Of a stretch of DNA of 64,000 nt, positions 61,363 to 64,000 are shown one piece after another. Under the pieces are notes generated by a model. That model saw nothing but the letters and a program-made list of their open reading frames with translations, was not told the origin of the DNA and searched no databases. Numbering within the stretch: position 1 is the first letter of the stretch; each line of letters starts with the position of its first letter. The DNA is from Candidatus Binatia bacterium (GTDB lineage Bacteria; Desulfobacterota; Binatia; HRBIN30). The stretch spans positions 1-64,000 of the forward strand of contig JBBRSP010000024.1 of the NCBI GenBank assembly GCA_038245295.1. The letters run 5' to 3'. The translations under genes and the position numbers were made by a program.

Positions 61363-61448
61363 CGAAGGGTGAAGGGTGAAGAGCGAAAGGGGGAAAAAAC
61401 GCGCCGGACGCATCCATCCACCTTTCACCCTTCACATTTCACTCTTCG
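61363..61448. repeat. Inverted heptamer hairpin (GAAGGGT / ACCCTTC)
   Basis: Two opposed 7-mer arrays. Confidence 0.7.
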
Positions 61449-61495
61449 TAGAGCGGTATTGCCCACATCCGAAATTGTGGCAATCCCCAGCGCGG

Positions 61496-62440
61496 CTACC
61501 AGGGTAGATGGTCGAGATCGACGTTGCCGCCGCTGAGGATCACGCCAACACGCTCGAGTCCTTCGAGAGCGCGAAACTCATCGGTCAGCACGGCGGCGAC
61601 GGCAACTGCCGAGCTAGGTTCGATGAGCAGCTTGGCGCGCTCCCAGCACAGACGCATGGCGGCGACGATCTGTTCCTCGGAGACCGGGAAGATCTGTTCG
61701 ACGTGGTCCCGGATGATCGGCCAGTTGAGTTGCCCAAGGCTGGTGAGCAGGCCATCGGCGATGGTCTGCGGACCCGTTTGCGGGATGAGTACACCAGCTG
61801 CCTTCGAGCGGATGGCATCGTCGGCCCCGGCCGGCTCGCCGGCAAACACCCGTAGGCGACGCGTGCTGTGGCGGGCGACGATGGCGGCGCCGGAAAGCAA
61901 TCCGCCGCCACCGACGGGAGTGATGATGGCATCGAGGTCGGGAACATCCTCGAAGAACTCGAGGCTCGCGGTACCTTGCCCGGCGATCACCCACGGGTTG
62001 TCGTAGGGATGAACCATCGTGGCGCCGGTTTCCTGCTGTACCTGTGCCGCGGTGGCTTCGCGTGCCTGCAGGGTTGGCTCGCACAGAATCACGCGTCCGC
62101 CATATCCGGCGACGGAGCGCTGCTTCACGCCGGAAGCATTGTTGGGCATGACGATGTGAGCGCTGATGCCGCGCAGCTTCGCCGCGAGTGCCAGCGCCTG
62201 CGCATGATTGCCGGAGCTATGCGTGACGACGCCACGCGCGGCTACATTCTCTTCCAGCGCCATGACGGCATTGCAGGCGCCGCGGAACTTGAAGGCGCCC
62301 ACCTTCTGTAGGTGCTCGCACTTGAAGAACAACCGGCGTCCGGCCATCGCGTCGAGGGTCGCGCAGGTCAGCACCGGGGTTCGATGGGCGAACGGCGCGA
62401 TGCGCCGCCTGGCTTCGATCACGCCGTCCATCGTCAACAA
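61496..62440 (-). CDS. PLP-dependent serine/threonine dehydratase or serine racemase
   Basis: KCEHLQKVGAFKFRGA, SSGNHAQA, PVGGGGL, SGGNVD. Confidence 0.92.
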   Translation of the reverse strand: MLTMDGVIEARRRIAPFAHRTPVLTCATLDAMAGRRLFFKCEHLQKVGAFKFRGACNAVMALEENVAARGVVTHSSGNHAQALALAAKLRGISAHIVMPNNASGVKQRSVAGYGGRVILCEPTLQAREATAAQVQQETGATMVHPYDNPWVIAGQGTASLEFFEDVPDLDAIITPVGGGGLLSGAAIVARHSTRRLRVFAGEPAGADDAIRSKAAGVLIPQTGPQTIADGLLTSLGQLNWPIIRDHVEQIFPVSEEQIVAAMRLCWERAKLLIEPSSAVAVAAVLTDEFRALEGLERVGVILSGGNVDLDHLPW

Positions 62441-62473
62441 CGGTTGTTCCTCGTTCGGGGCAGCGCCAAAACG

Positions 62474-62501
62474 GTAGGGGCGGTTCGCGAACCGCCCCTA
62501 C
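62474..62501. repeat. Perfect 28-bp GTAG palindrome GTAGGGGCGGTTCGCGAACCGCCCCTAC
   Basis: Self-complementary; related sequences at 51342-51371 and 7240-7265. Confidence 0.9.
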
Positions 62502-62620
62502 GCATCGCTGTCCTCGTCGGCGAGGCGATAGAACTCCTCCTCGCTGACGTTGGGCTTGACGACCAGGTACGGCGGCTCAACGTCGAGCTGCAAACGCCAC
62601 TCAGCCATTGCAGCGGCCAT
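62498..62620 (-). pseudogene. N-terminal gene fragment (Uma2-endonuclease-like start) ending at a REP
   Basis: MAAAMAEWRLQLDVEPPYLVVKPNVSEEEFYRLADEDSDA*; the TAG comes from the GTAG of the palindrome. Confidence 0.5.
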
Positions 62621-62918
62621 ACCGCCCTCACCGGCAAGGCGCAACGGTCGTTGCCCCCGTGCGCACGTACTCACTGTGGTGCATGCGATGTTGTCGGTGT
62701 GACTCAGTTGCTTGCCGTGACCGGACGGCTCGTGGCGGCAAGCGTTTGGATTCCGAGAAGGGATGACACCTACATGATGCCCTCTACGCCTGGGCCGATT
62801 TGCTGCGCCTGCACAATCTGCGCGGCGACCTCGCCATCCACCGGTCCCCCGTCTGGTCAACCGGGCGCCAGTCTTCATCTGGAGATCATCCAGCTGCACG
62901 ACGGCGCAGCCTTGTCGG

Positions 62919-63686
62919 TCAGGCGATCCGTAACCTCGCCAAGCGCGACAACACACGTGCCGACACGTCGTTCCACACCAAGACGGAAAGCATCCACCAC
63001 AAGACGATCCACAGCGGTACGCCGCCGAGCCAACCGAGGTGATACCGGTGTAGTCCGCCCACCTGAATGAAGAGCACTTCGACCAGCGGCCCAACGGTTG
63101 CGGCCAGCGCCACGAGCCGTCTTTCCGGCGCCGTGATGCCAAACAACGCGGCGTAGGCGAGCAATCCGAGCCCGAACGGCAACCAGGACAGGATCGGGGC
63201 AGTGTAATGCCGGTAGATCATCTGCCGCGTCACAATGACCAGTGTGAGCTCGATCGTGACACGCATGAGCGGTCGATCGGGTTGAATGGGCCTGGCAACG
63301 GAGCGCCGTATGCGCTGGCAGAGGCTCGCGACAAAGCGCAGGATCATTCCCCAATACAGAAGCATCCAGAACGGGATACGTCCCGCCGGCGGCACCGCGT
63401 AGTCGTAGATGCGGTGTCGCACCACCGAGTTCCAATCGTTGCCGGCTCCCAGCACCATACACAACGTGAAGAAGGCCAACTCGGCGCCGACGGAGAGTTC
63501 GCGTTCACTCAGCGGCAATCGGCTCCAAGCGCCGAAGCGTAAAGCCAGCACCGCCGGTACCAGCGCCGTCATGAGGGTTAGGCGATTGCTGGCCAGGCAG
63601 ATCGCGACGCCGACCGCCGCCGTCGCAGCGGCGTCGATGGCAAAGACTCGCTCACCGTGCGGTGCTGGTTGCGGGTCTGCCGGCAT
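62919..63686 (-). CDS. Multi-pass membrane protein (DUF2878-like)
   Basis: Many TM segments with duplicated Y.Y...GRIPFW / GGVPLW motifs. Confidence 0.7.
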   Translation of the reverse strand: MPADPQPAPHGERVFAIDAAATAAVGVAICLASNRLTLMTALVPAVLALRFGAWSRLPLSERELSVGAELAFFTLCMVLGAGNDWNSVVRHRIYDYAVPPAGRIPFWMLLYWGMILRFVASLCQRIRRSVARPIQPDRPLMRVTIELTLVIVTRQMIYRHYTAPILSWLPFGLGLLAYAALFGITAPERRLVALAATVGPLVEVLFIQVGGLHRYHLGWLGGVPLWIVLWWMLSVLVWNDVSARVLSRLARLRIA

Positions 63687-63999
63687 GACGTCTTCCCCGA
63701 ACCAGGTCACTGATGTCACGAATCAGGCTCGTCGGATGTTCGAGACCGTAGGCGTAGGTGTCGGTCGAGTAGTTCTGCGCCCAGTTGCAGTTGGCGCCGC
63801 ACTGCGCCGTTCCCGGACCGTGAAACCCGGTCGGATCGATGCGTCGCGCTGCATACGCATACATCGAGTCGACGTCGTCGAAGTCGAGCACGTTCACCCG
63901 TTCCGGCTGGACATGGACACTGGCTTTGCACGGCCAGAAGACCCGGCCATCGTGATCGATATGCGGCTTGAGCGTGTTGCGACAGGTGAGCGCTTCGGA
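63652..63999 (-). CDS. C-terminal part of a probable radical SAM protein (SPASM/twitch-like), cut by the window edge
   Basis: Open frame to the edge: LTCRNTLKPHIDHDGRVFWPCKA...QCGANCNW. Confidence 0.6.
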   Translation of the reverse strand, partial: SEALTCRNTLKPHIDHDGRVFWPCKASVHVQPERVNVLDFDDVDSMYAYAARRIDPTGFHGPGTAQCGANCNWAQNYSTDTYAYGLEHPTSLIRDISDLVRGRRHAGRPATSTAR

Positions 64000-64000
64000 G

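Overview
GC-rich bacterial chromosomal window of roughly 55 CDS. The Cys-rich secreted proteins and repeated dockerin-like CxGDCNxDGxVTVDE modules resemble Candidatus Binatia/deltaproteobacterial genomes (inference). Core genes are rsmE, nadK-recN, nfo and leuA-leuB-(asd/usg-like)-truA. There are many lipid/aromatic catabolism and redox enzymes (thiolases, SDRs, acyl-CoA ligase, LLM oxidoreductase, Rieske oxygenase), envelope proteins (Omp85, TonB-dependent receptor, KirBac-type channel, M23 peptidase) and small accessory or toxin-antitoxin genes. Non-coding elements read directly from the sequence are a c-di-AMP (ydaO) riboswitch before the M23 peptidase, a Leu-rich leader peptide with terminator (attenuator) before leuA, and an unidentified multi-branched structured RNA candidate at about 10.24-10.38 kb. 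The most unusual feature is a nested set of small non-autonomous palindromic elements. A ~158-bp MITE inserts into, and duplicates, the 4-nt loop of one REP-like hairpin family. An IS4-like MITE inserts into a second palindrome family with ~10-bp duplications. That same second family brackets a DUF559 nuclease gene, and a 30-bp micro-hairpin occurs inside two different host repeats. No CRISPR array, tRNA, rRNA or intact transposase was found.
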